Shown here: one piece after another, positions 12,352-24,103 of the stretch | How the letters are laid out: each line of letters begins with the position of its first letter | Position numbering within the stretch: position 1 is the stretch's first letter | Source: Xylographa opegraphella | Taxonomy: Eukaryota | Direction: 5' to 3' | NCBI GenBank assembly: GCA_022813865.1 | Contig: JALDZX010000023.1 | Location: 248,001 to 312,000 of the forward strand | Length of the DNA stretch: 64,000 nucleotides | Made by a program: the position numbers and the translations under genes | The notes under the pieces: model-generated | Told to the model about the DNA's origin: nothing | Seen by the model: the letters and a program-made list of their open reading frames with translations, nothing else | Databases searched by the model: none

Positions 12352-13336
12352 TAGCGTACGCTACGATATAGAATGAGAAGTGAACGGATCTTTCCTGTCG
12401 CTCTGTCCTCTGACTTGGAGTATACAAAAGGCATTCTTAATATGCGTGGTGAGATTGGATAGCTGGTAGATGTGGCATATTGGGTGTTACTAGTCATGTA
12501 AGAACTGTTCCGGAATTCTCAAAGTCCTTGACATTCTTCTGTTGCGACGAGAACCTGGTGGGTCTCGATGCGTTGTCTGTGTTGACCTCACTCTCACTTC
12601 GTAACAAGCTGTCTGAGTGCAACATCATAAGTGTAGATATAGAATTTGTTGGTACTTCGCAAGACTCGAAGTGAGTCGTTGGCAGTTCAAGTTTAGATAT
12701 TGATCATTCGGTGACTTTGGATGCTAGCCTGATTTGAGTTAAAGCCCGGTAATTTATCTTACTAGTTAGGTAGTCTAGAATAGTTTTGGAGCTTTGACGA
12801 TTCGCCAGCATCAGCCTCTACCAAGCCAAACAATAATGTGCTTTTGATTCGAACGGTCTCGTGATTGCGTTGAGCCATTGTTACGTGACTTTGAATTTCC
12901 GTCAGAATTAGTCAACTTACCTCGAGTCTGTCGCGATCGATGTTATGTAACTTGGAGGCTTGGCGGGATCTAATGACAATCTGTCGTAGAAACCACGTGT
13001 GCACTTTGAAAAGTTGTGTATCTATTGTTTAATCGTGGAGTCCACGGCGTCAGGCGTTCACGTTTGTAGGTGTCTTACACACCTGCTTTCCCTCAGGATG
13101 ATTTCAAAGACGTTTCTGTGAGAAACACGTGAAGCGACGTGCGGAAACATATGCGCTTGCAACTTGCGGAGAGTTCCTCGTCTGGTGATTGTTTCGAATG
13201 TGTGGTCTCCACGAAGCCCCTTGATTGACAGAAACCACAGATATAAGTTTATGCACCTTCTCGTCACTTTCAATATTTCTTTTTATAACGTACATTTTCC
13301 ATCGGTAATCGATTTACCGTGTATACTTTTCCAAAT

Positions 13337-14263
13337 ATGTTTATTCTACCGTGTCTTCTCCCACTCCTTCCCCTTATTACCCCCATCCTAGCTATTCCAA
13401 GCGTTGCGTCTTCAGTCGACTCCCTCCACAAGCGCGATGACTGCCACGGAAGTGGCAACTGCGGGAGAAATGGCGCATCCATTGCCGCTCTGGAGCTTTA
13501 CAATCAATATCCAAACAATATTTCCATATACAACGATTACACTAGCTATGTTTCCGGACATTATGCCGCGATGTACAGCTGTCCAAAGGGGAAATACCCA
13601 ACTGGAATAACAGGGGCGGATCTGTTCAACTGGTGAGTGCACCTTATACCATCACATCCCCAATTCGACTATGAAGCGGAAGGGGTAGAAGATTGGCTAA
13701 CAGCGCAATTATAAAGGGGCCAACAGATATTCAAGCCGAAAAGCGTCGGCGGTGATCAATGCGGACATTGTGGAACGCATTGGCTGGAAGATACAGACAA
13801 CGCCTTGAAGTGTCGCATGACGCTTAACTGGTGCAAGTCATGCAAGGAGTCTGTCAATGGTGTACAAGGCGCTGGAGCGGGTCTTCCACCTCCACCTGTA
13901 CCGGTTGCAGCGACGGCAGAAGCAGCCCCAGCAGCCCCAGCCCCAGCAGCCCCAGCAGCCCCAGCAGCCCCAGCAGCCCCAGCCCCAGCAGCCCCAGCCC
14001 CAGCAGCTCCAGCCCCAGCAGCTCCAGCTCCCGCAGCGGCAGCTCCAGCAGTGGGAGCACCGGCGGCAGGTCCGGTGAACGTAATTGGGGATCCGGGCCC
14101 ATCGTCAAATGAAGATCCTATTGCACAACTTGACAATTTTGATTCTCAGTTTAATTCAGATCCCACGGAGTCAGAACCCCTGCCAGGCGACCCGAGTCAG
14201 GATGGGGGTTACATGAGTCAGGATGGGGGTTACATGAGTCAGGATGGAGGTATGGGGTTCTAA
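13337..14263 (+). CDS. Secreted Cys-rich KP4-killer-toxin-like protein with Pro/Ala stalk and acidic tail; 1 intron (13633-13716)
   Basis: Signal peptide, Kex2-type KR, then DDCHGSGNC...CGHCG...CRMTLNWCKSC, matching the KP4 pattern CxGSxxC...CxxCGS...LTxNY. The intron GTGAGT..GCTAAC..AAG joins ORFs 13319 and 13805 in frame. Confidence 0.72.
13918..14052 (+). repeat. Coding minisatellite (GCAGCCCCA / GCAGCCCCAGCCCCA units) encoding (AAP/AAPAP)n
   Basis: Tandem 9- and 15-nt units are visible directly. Confidence 0.95.
14195..14251 (+). repeat. 21-bp tandem repeat AGTCAGGATGGGGGTTACATG x~2.7 (SQDGGYM)
   Basis: Two exact copies plus a partial third. Confidence 0.95.
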
Positions 14264-15314
14264 TGTTGCCGACACGGCATGGAGGGCAATTGGCGGCTGG
14301 TACGGAGGACCTGGGATTTTGGTATCGGAACACCCGAGCTGCAGCTTAGGGGATGGGTATGACAGTCTCAACAACAGTAGTGCTGGACACTGAATCGGCT
14401 TTGTAAAGGCGATTAGCAGACTATAAATCGACGCTCCATATAATTAAAACGATATTTATGCACTTCCTCATGTCTCCCAATGCATGGAGAACTGGCTTCC
14501 CGTCCGCTCTCTTGATGTCCTCCGCCTAGTAACAGTCAAGCTACGGATTAATTTGTGGCAAGCACATGATACAAAATAGAAGATGCAGTTCAGGCTTCCT
14601 GAGGATGCAGGTTTGGTGACCAGATGAACAACCTGAGCCCCCATTTCACACATAGCCAGTGTCGCAAGTGTTACAAACATCATTGTAGGGGTTGCCATGA
14701 GAGACTTTGACTATTGCTATTTGTTATATAATAGGAAACACCAAGCATTTGGGAAGAAGGTGGGAAACCCATGCCACCTTGAGGAATACATAGTCCTACC
14801 ACGACAATTTAAATTCTGAAGCCTTGTGGAGAGGAGTAGCTTCAGAGCAGACCCGATTTCGATGGGGGATTTGGCGTACGTATTACCGACAAGGTGCAAA
14901 GGGTGGTGATGGCAAGTAATAACAGACGAAACCTACACCTCGACCGTCTCCTGCGTAGAGTAACAACGGAGTACATACCTTAGGGTAGGAGGTACGCAGT
15001 GGTCCCACTAGTATGGGCTTCTTCGGCGCTTTCTCCGGCCGATGAGCTTAGAAACAAATAAGCACAGGTGAGTGGTCACTAGATACTAGGCAGATACCTT
15101 AGTTAAGACTAGTCCTAGGATAAACGATCCTTCGCATTTAGCGCATGGATCCCGTCTCGAAAAAAGTGAAATGGCGTGAAATATCATTTACGAGTCCTTG
15201 CACACTTCCGGTGTCATGTACATTACTCTACGCTTCTAAAATCGATTCACAGCTGCTGTCCTACCGCATCTCTTCGTTCCAACTGTTCTCGTAGTCACAT
15301 ATTATTGCTGGCCA

Positions 15315-17495
15315 ATGTTGACCGCTCTACGGAGAGGTCCTACCTCCTTTCGCTCATTAGCCACACTCTCGACCTCTCTTCGATTCTTACTTCCTTCAAT
15401 CACTCAACCGCATATCAGTGCGCTCAAGCGGACATCTACGCGGCCTCATTCGCGGTTGCTCCACTCTTCGCCACTATGGAATCGTCACGCTACGGCTGCA
15501 GCGGAGGCGGAGATAATAATGGAGGACGAGGGCGATGTACAAGATTTTTCTGAGAAGCATGATCCGAATTCACAAAGCAGCAGAAGTATCCAGCCTACTC
15601 CAATCACCAAGTTTCACGAATTGGCCGATCGGAAAATGGTTTCTCCCACAGTCATTCGGACAATCACTCAAGATATGAAACTGGAGACAATGACCCAAGT
15701 TCAGAGTCTGACTATCAATGAGACTCTGAAAGGGATTGATGTGTAAATTGAGTTCTCGTGTACCAGATGTGTTCCAGACTTACAATTTTGCAGGCTGGCT
15801 CAGGCTCGCACGGGAACTGGCAAAACACTTGCTTTCCTGATTCCAGTACTTCAAAATATCATCAGTTATGATCCAAGCCTCGAAAGCCGAGGATCGGGTA
15901 GCAAAAGGACATCTTCGACCGATATTCGAGCTATAATTATCTCTCCAACTCGGGAGCTGGCAGAGCAGATTGCTGTCGAAGCACAAAAAGTCGTTAAAAA
16001 TACCGGTGTCATTGTACAGACTGCTGTTGGCGGATCTGCTAAACAATTTGGACTGCGTAAATTAAAAAACGAAGGGTGTCACATCCTGATTGGTACACCA
16101 GGCCGTCTCAACGACATTCTAGCAGATCCATATAGCCAAGTCAGCGCGCCAAACCTCAGTGCATTCGTCCTAGACGAAGCAGACAGGCTCCTTGATCAAG
16201 GGTTCGCTCTGGAGATTGAAAGTATTCAAAAGTTGCTGCCAGATCGACAAGCGATAGACCGACAGACATTACTCTTCTCCGCCACTGTTCCTGATGAGGT
16301 CATGCATATTGTTAATAAGACCATGAAACCTGACTATAAGTTTGTCCGGACCGTGCAAGCCGGAGAGCAGCAAACCCACGAGAGAGTACCTCAAAAGATT
16401 GTCGAAGTGGCAGGATTTGAAAATTTGATGCCTGCAGTGGTCGAGCTGTGCAAACGCGAGCTGGCACAACAGGATCGAAAGATGCCATTCAAGGCTATTA
16501 TCTACTTTAATACTACCGCGGAAGTGGCACTTGCATCGGCCACTCTGAGAAAGCTAAAGCGTCCCTCTGCGTCGCCATATGATCAGCACGCATTATTGCC
16601 GGCAACGATTGTCGAAATTCACGCTAGATTGAACCAAAACCTCCGTACCACCGCCGCTGACCTGTTCAGAAGAGCGAAATCGAGCATCATGGTTTCATCG
16701 GATGTCACCGCTCGCGGGATGGACTTCCCAAACGTGACACACGTGATTCAAGTTGGTCTCCCGACAGACCGCGACACCTATATCCACCGGGTTGGTCGTA
16801 CCGCACGAGGAGACAAAACGGGCGAAGGCTGGCTCTTTATCTCTTCGTTGGAAGCACGCGAGGTCTGGGGTCGTCTGCACAAGCTCCCTTTGCAACCCGA
16901 TCAATCCCTCGGAACAGCAGCGATTGACATGACGAAAGATGCACAAATTCCGGCGGATGTCGCACAGACACTGACGCAAGTGGGCGAAGCCACCAGGTCT
17001 ACACCGATGTCGATGAAAAGCGCAGCTTATATGTCCACCCTGGGCGCGTTCAATTGGTATCGCCATAAGCAAGGGCTTATGGATGCAATGAACCGACGGA
17101 GCAAATATGGCTGGGGCTTGGAGAGTCCGCCGACCATCGATCCTCGACTGGCACAGAAGCTTGGCCTCAGTCGTTTGGCCGGGATTGTCATCGGACCCAG
17201 AACGAGTGCGCCATCGGACGCCAGTGAAGGTGAAGGTCGACAATCCTTTGGTTCGCAGCGGGCACGGGAACGACGCAATGATTTCGGAAGTGGTCGTTTC
17301 GGTGGCAGCAGAGGCTCGACGTCCGGATTCGGCCGGGACCGAGCAACATCGGCAGGGTACGGTCGGGATCGGAGCGGCTCATCCGGAGACGATTGGACCG
17401 GTGGCAATGACGGCGACGTCCCCAGAGTGTACCAGGACCGCCGTAGCTCCGGTGGACGTGGCTTTGGTGGAGGACGAAGCCGAACATTCCGATAG
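15315..17495 (+). CDS. MSS116: Mitochondrial DEAD-box RNA helicase; intron 15743-15793
   Basis: Presequence, Q motif MTQVQ, AQARTGTGKT, PTRELA, LDEAD, SAT, ARGMDFP, YIHRVGRTAR, and an RGG-rich basic tail. Confidence 0.93.
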
Positions 17496-18726
17496 ATCTG
17501 AGGATGTTCTGGATTGCCTCCCATCCGCGTCTTGCTTTTGTACCATCCACCTTTCTTGACGCGTTTCTTTTTGCGAATCATCTGTATAACACCTTTGAGC
17601 TGCTTCGGGTTTGCAACACAAGTACGGCAAGCTGCGGCGATTGAGTGCTTCGCGTATTCTTGCCACCGGTTCAGGCGATGCAATAGCATATAGATGGAGT
17701 CATAAGACGAACTACCTGGGCAGATTGGCGTTGAGGGTCCACACATAATACCAAAACCGTTCCTCTCTTTCACTGTCGGCGATCTCGTCATGCTTGCTTT
17801 CGCTTCGCTCGAATGGGAAGATCTTGGGGTTCACAAGCCCATTCAGCCTGAGCAGATTGGGTGGTGATATGCAGGCATGATTGGTTGTCTCCCCGGACGA
17901 TACTGTACTATGCTGTCAGAATGTGCACACACGCTTCTCAGTTCATCATTGCAATGGTTCCAGAAGCGCATGCTAGCCACCGAACGTTGACGAGCGGGAA
18001 GCAGGGGCGCTCTGAATTTATCCACATTTACCCGGCCAAGCATTTCGCTAGCGGCGCCTCTCCGTCCCTCGTCCTCTCGTCTCCTTCCTAAGATACCTCA
18101 CCTTACCTTACCTTTAGCTGATTAGTGATGTAGTCTGCTGTACTTACTCCCGATCCATCCCCCGTGCCCCAGCTTTTACCCAGTACCTGAGCTCAATGCC
18201 GTCGAACCAGCATCTCGAAGGCGGCACCCCGCAAAAGACGTTACCCCGGATGGCCTGGCATTGCGACTTTCCTTGTCACAAATCCTACCCGCCTCCGCGC
18301 TATCGCCCAATCTGGCTTGGACACAGTATCACAGCGTGTAGCCAGCGCCCTCGACCACTCTTCCTCTCATCCTTTGGACCTTGGACTTCCTTTCGCGTGG
18401 ATCATCTCTTCGACACCTTCTCATGACATCGCTGGAGTCTCGCGGCAATCGGGATGGCCACCATTGAAACGATACTCGTTCATTTACCCGGCCTTCAGCG
18501 CCCTCATGCAGCTCTCGGTGGTAGATCCACACAGCTCTGGGCCCCGGTGTGGAATGTCCGGCATCAATAGAAGGACCGGGTCGCGGAGGCGATCTGGTGA
18601 ACGTGATCATGCTTATAAAGTCCCACTTCTCCCCAATGCTTGGGGCTTCTCATCACGGCACTTGATCTACATCTGGGACAGTATCTGGACTACCCTGTCA
18701 TCAGATTCTCATCAGCTTCTCCCAAT

Positions 18727-20059
18727 ATGCGTTTGCCCTCCACCGTTGCTGTCGGCCTGCTGGCAGCGCCGCTTGCATTAGCTGCACCGGTCACAGCTTC
18801 TGCTCCGGCGACCGTGACCGTAACCGTTCAGCCAACGACCGTGATTTCCGAAAAGGTTGTGTATACGGTGACTGTGACTGGTTCTTGCCTTGCAGCAACC
18901 ACACACACTACATCTCCTACGTCTGTCAGCGCTACCACGACGTCCTCGGCACTCAACACCAATCCATACCCAACTTCCACGCTGTTGGGCTCGGATACCC
19001 AGGGGCTCAACGATCTGGCCAAGGCTACGGGGAAGCTTTACCTGGGAACCGCCGCTGATATACCAGGCCCGGAGCTAAGCGATGTTGGATATATGACGCT
19101 CCTGAACAATACTCACGAGTTTGGTCAGCTGACACCAGCTAACTACATGAAGGTATGTTGTCTCACCGCATGTCGCGATGCGAGCAACGACTGACACTTC
19201 TGGCTACCAGTACGAGTACACGGAGCCGCAGAGAGGTGTCTTCAATTACACCGGCGGCGATGTAATCTTAGACGTCGCTGAAGCGAACGGCCAGCTAGTC
19301 CGCTGCCACAATCTGGTGTGGTACAATCAGCTGCCGTACTGGCTGACATCCCAGACCTGGGACAATGCCACTCTTATCAGCATCATGACAAACCACATCA
19401 CCAACTTGGTCTCTCACTGGGGAACGCGCTGCTACTGCTGGGATGTGGTTAACGAAGCTTTCAACGACGACGGCACATACCGCGCCGATATCTGGTACAA
19501 CACTATCGGCCCGGCCTATCTCCCCATCGCATATGCTGCAGCGGCCGCCGCCGCCCCTCCGAGCGTCAAGCTCTACTACAATGACTACAATATCGAAAAC
19601 CCTGGTGCTAAATCCACTGCAGCACAACAGCTCATCGCCTCCATTAAAGCACAAGGTATCCGTATCGACGGCGCTGGCCTTCAGTCACATTTCATCATCG
19701 GCGAAACCCCTTCCCAGGCTTCGCAAATGGCCAACATGGCCGCTTTCGCTGCCCTTGGCGTGGAAGTTGCGCAGACCGAGCTTGACGTTCGTTCCCCAAC
19801 CCTCCCACCCACCGTCGCGCAGCAACAGCAACAAAAGGTAGACTTCTACTCCTCCGTGGCGGCTTGCGTGATGACGGAGGCGTGTGTCGGTACCACTCTA
19901 TGGGATTTCGATGACACCTACTCATGGATTCCGAGCACTTTCCCTGGCCAGGGATACGGAGACCCTTGGTTCGAGCCTGCAGGAACCGACACGCTGGTGA
20001 AGAAGATCGCATACGACGGTATTGTGGATGCACTCTCGGGAAAGCCTGTGAGCACGTAG
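18727..20059 (+). CDS. Secreted GH10 endo-beta-1,4-xylanase; intron 19153-19210
   Basis: Signal peptide, Thr-rich linker, TPANYMK|YEYTEP, CHNLVW, WDVVNE (acid/base), YYNDYN, GLQSH, TELDV (nucleophile). Confidence 0.96.
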
Positions 20060-20555
20060 AGGGAGAGCTGATAGCAGCAGAAATGAACATGACGTTGCGA
20101 AATTCAGTTATTGGATGCAAAATGTATATAGTTAGAACATACGAACATAACGCAAAAGTAATTACGATTTTACTATACACTTTTACAATGACTTTGCCGC
20201 ATTTGTTGATTTTGCTCGACAAACGTTTCTCGTTGTATATCAATGTGATGCACGCTTAGATGAAAGATACCCTCAGAAAACATTTAATAATGAGCGTGAA
20301 GTGTAACCTTCAACGAGTTTGCCTCGCGACGATTTTTTTAATCGAGCGTGGCTTGTTGACTCACCACCCCAGTACAAGGCTCTGAGTACGAAACTACCAG
20401 ACACGCTTATTATTCGGACTGGCTACCTCAGCTTCTTCTACGGACATCCGTTGTCGTACGTGAAACTTGTGACCATCCATGTAGAGTACTTTATGTGGCG
20501 ACTTCGAATATGTATCTGTCCGAGATCCAGGGATAGATAATCCGGGACAGCGCCG

Positions 20556-22065
20556 ATGGACGCCTTTGTCTCGCGCAAGAAACGGAAACTCTCCCCTGCC
20601 GAGAGCAGATTCGAGCCCCAGGGACAGTCTAATGGGCGTGATGATCCGGAGGAGGAGACCACAGAAGTCAAGCTCGCCACTCTTGCTTCCCTCTACTCTG
20701 CCGTAAGCCAGGATGTTCTCCTTGACTGCCTCCTTTCCAGCGACGGCTCCGTGCGTGCTGCTTCCAAATTACTTGACTCTCTCTGCGTTGCCCCGTCACC
20801 TTCCAAACGCGTTGCAGGGTTCAAGGTCGCAGACCGGCAGAGCTCTTTGGCGGCACTGTATAGGACTGGAATCTCCTCTGCAGAAGGCACTGGGTCGGAC
20901 CCGAAGTCTACCCTTCTGACCAGGAAGGGTCAGACTCTGCATCTGTATACGCCGGAGGATATCGCCCTGCATACGCCGTGTTCTATCATACATAATTTCC
21001 TGCCTGCGCAAGACGCAGAGGATTTATTGAAAGAGCTACTGGAAGAGACGCCCACGTTCGAGAGGCAGATCTTCAAGTTGTTTGATAACGTGGTGCAGAG
21101 TCCACATTCGGCGTGCTTCTACGTGGAGAGTCTGGAGGAGCGGGAGAGGCAGAGTACGGAGTACTTGTATAATGGTAGCTATCTAACGGTTTGGCGCCTA
21201 TTGGCTCATGCTATGGAAGGAGATCAACTAATGATTCTCAAGGATATTCGCCAGATCACCCCGCATATGCGGGCCGTCGCCGGCGTTGTCAAGACTGCTG
21301 TCAACGGAGAGATTGCCCACAGGATAGCAACAAGCTATCCGGGCGGGAAGAAACTCCAGTACCAGTCAGCTAAGGAGTGGATACCCAACGCTGCCTTTGT
21401 GAACTGCTACAGAGGGGGTGCGGAAAGTGTGGGCTACCATTCGGACCAACTGACCTATCTAGGACCCCGGGCTGTTATCGGCAGTCTGAGTCTAGGAGTG
21501 GCAAGAGAGTTTCGTGTCCGAAAGATCGTAGCGAGGTACGACCAGGATGGAGCGAGCGGGAAGCGTAATGATGCTCTTCGAGCCGATGCGGAGGGCCAGA
21601 TCGCCATACACCTGCCGCACAACTCGCTTCTGGTGATGCATGCTGAGATGCAGGAGGAGTGGAAGCACAGTATTCACCCTGCGCAGGCTATCGTTCCGCA
21701 TCCGGTCGCGGGTAACAGAAGGATCAATATCACGTATCGGCATTATCGGGAAGACTTCCATCCTAGGTACATCGAAGCCTCTGGAGTCGCTGGTGGGTAG
21801 TTTGTGTACTAAACTTCGTTTTAGATATACCCCCCAATGCAAGTGCAATATTGCTACTGTTCTGAGATGCGTACAGAGGAGGAAAGAGAATCATGGACGG
21901 TATATGTGGATGTGCCACGTAGGGAGTACACCTGGCAAGGATGGGTTAGCGATCAGAGAGCATGAGAGAAGTTCCTTGCTGACTCACTTCAGGTGCTCCT
22001 TTTTCCAATGGGCGGAGTTTGACGATGATGGTAACCCTCCGTGGGTCAAGAAAAAGCTACCTTGA
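20556..22065 (+). CDS. AlkB-family Fe(II)/2OG dioxygenase with N-terminal CUE-like region and C-terminal GRF-type Zn finger; 3 introns
   Basis: VNCY..VGYHSD, SLSLG..R.F, HSI, RINITYR; C-terminal CKC..YMWMC..GCSFFQW. Introns about 21189-21242, 21767-21824 and 21945-21992. Confidence 0.9.
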
Positions 22066-22216
22066 GCATTATCAGATCTGAGGCAGGTAGGTCCAAAAGT
22101 TGCTTCCGTTCTCGCCTCTACTTTTTCGAGATCGGCCTGGCTTCCACGATCCAACAACAAGTGCTTATCTCCATGACCATGGAATTGTCACTTCTTGTTC
22201 CCACGTTGTCGACATT

Positions 22217-23455
22217 TCAATTCCACCAAAAGCTCACGCTGAAACTTACCGTCAGGCTTCGCACATAATGCCACCACCCGACGGGGATATAGAGGCATTC
22301 GCCCTCCCGGAGGATCGTCTCCACATACGGCGCGTCCCCGAACAAGCCAAACTCGCCTTCCGGATCGTCCTCGAGCTGCATTTCCACCATTTCAACGGGC
22401 ACGCCGCTTGTGTTGCTCATGTCGATACCCTCCTCCACCCCTCGAGGATAGAGATTCGGCGTCTGACTCGGAGCATAAAGGCGAACGTACTTCTGCCCGA
22501 CTACTTGGCACAAGATGTTGTGATATGGGTCCGTGTGCAGAGGAGATATGGTACCCGCAGGCCCGAACCACGCGTTGAGCAACGGCTCCGCCAAGCGGGC
22601 CGTACTTTTCGCCGCCAGCGGCGGAGGCGGATCGGTGTAGCAGAAGTCCGGAACGGAGATATCATGTCGCAGCGCAGGGATCTGGGCGAAGAGGTCATGT
22701 TGCGCCAAGTAGCCAACCTTATCATGCCTGGCGTCGAGGAGATACGCGTCCATGAACTCGCCGAACGTGATGATCGTCTGGCCCCATCCGTCGTCCGTGT
22801 AGCTCCTTCCCACCTCTACGGGGACTAATCGCCGCCCGCCGAGCGTGCGCTCTAGGAGGTAGCACGTATCGCCCCACGGTCTCTCGCGCAGGGCCGGCCA
22901 GTGCTCGATAGCTCCAACGATCACAACCGGCTGCGCCCGTCGGAGATGCTTCTCAAACCCAGAAAGCGACATCGCCGAGCGAGGTATCGGGAAAGCTATC
23001 TCCGGACACCTAGCATCCGCCACCGGAAATTCCCTCCCCATCCCCCACCACTCCCATCCCCGCCCACCATCCCGCACACACTCCTCCAGCTGCGCAAATA
23101 ACTCCTCCACCATCCCCTCCCGCAGCGGTGCCCCCGTCATGATGAGCGCCATATCCAGCGTCCGCACTACCTCCTCCAGCCACGCCGTTCCCGCCCCCCT
23201 CGCCGCGCCCCCGGGCGCGTACTGGGCTTGGATCGTCAGCACCGCTTTGGCGATGCTGGCGTCGGTGTAGAGACGTCGCCAGCAGGCATCGACGGCGCTG
23301 AAGGGGAACACGTGTAGTTTGGTGTTGGCGAGGTGGAGCAGGTGGGATGGGGAGGTGAGGATGTCGCGAAGGGAGGTGAGGCCGCACCGGGTGAGGGGAT
23401 CGCCGGGGAGGGGGGTGAGGAGGGTTTGGAGGTGAGTGGTGCATTGGGCGTACAT
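22217..23455 (-). CDS. JmjC-domain hydroxylase, JMJD5/KDM8-like
   Basis: RLVPVEVGRSYTDDGW, GYLAQHDLF, NAWFGPAGTISPLHTDPYHN, GECLYIPVGWWHYVRSL..SFSVSFWW. Confidence 0.93.
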   Translation of the reverse strand: MYAQCTTHLQTLLTPLPGDPLTRCGLTSLRDILTSPSHLLHLANTKLHVFPFSAVDACWRRLYTDASIAKAVLTIQAQYAPGGAARGAGTAWLEEVVRTLDMALIMTGAPLREGMVEELFAQLEECVRDGGRGWEWWGMGREFPVADARCPEIAFPIPRSAMSLSGFEKHLRRAQPVVIVGAIEHWPALRERPWGDTCYLLERTLGGRRLVPVEVGRSYTDDGWGQTIITFGEFMDAYLLDARHDKVGYLAQHDLFAQIPALRHDISVPDFCYTDPPPPLAAKSTARLAEPLLNAWFGPAGTISPLHTDPYHNILCQVVGQKYVRLYAPSQTPNLYPRGVEEGIDMSNTSGVPVEMVEMQLEDDPEGEFGLFGDAPYVETILREGECLYIPVGWWHYVRSLTVSFSVSFWWN

Positions 23456-23500
23456 GGTTGGGGGGGTGGGTGCTTTGGGGTGGGGAGGACGGGGTGCGGC

Positions 23501-23570
23501 TGTGGAGGTATTTCTGTGGAGGTATTTCTGTGGAGGTATTTCTGTGGAGGTATTTCTGTGGAGGTATTTC
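23501..23570. repeat. Perfect 14-bp tandem repeat TGTGGAGGTATTTC x5
   Basis: Five exact copies, 45 bp upstream of the JmjC ATG. Confidence 0.97.
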
Positions 23571-24103
23571 AGCGCATTATGGTGTTTGATGCGCGGGTAT
23601 TTTTCGGGAGCGCTTTAAGAGCTGTCTAAAAGTGATTCCGGAGTCCGGACCGATTTCGCGGCTATACATGGGCCGAGAAAGTCCCGAAACCTGTTAGATG
23701 AAACGAGCCGTGCTTGGCCACGTTTTCGTTTTCTGATAACCGATTCAGTGTGAGTATCTGGCTTCGAGCTCTGCTTCAAGCACCCGTTATGTACTCTCGA
23801 CTGGGAGAGAATTATTCTAAATCTCTGTCAAATTATCGTGATGGCAGATTCCAATATCTTGGGCATCTTGTCCCAACATGGTTGGGTATTGTTGTGCCCA
23901 CAACCAACAATTCCGTCCTCAAGTATTGTAACAACCAGCGAGACCCTCGTTATATGAAGTGTAACCTAATTGAAACTTCAATTATCCGTGTTGACTTGCT
24001 TACTATATTGTGTTGATTTTCTAATATCTGTGCTTAAACTATCAGCGCCCTAGGAGATACATTGATACACTAACAGAGCAGGACGACTATTATCGTGTTC
24101 GGC

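Noticed and set aside
13756..14136. Gly/Ala-, Ser/Pro-, Gln/Pro- and Leu/Gly-repeat ORFs in other frames
   Set aside because: Alternative readings of the same minisatellite; only the Pro/Ala frame splices to the signal-peptide exon.
16695..17791. Long antisense ORFs over the MSS116 3' half (and similar ones over GH10, JmjC, MSC2, MRJP and CYSTM)
   Set aside because: Shadow ORFs from GC-rich codon usage; no recognisable motifs.
23501..23570. CRISPR-like repeat
   Set aside because: No spacers; eukaryotic context; simple tandem repeat.
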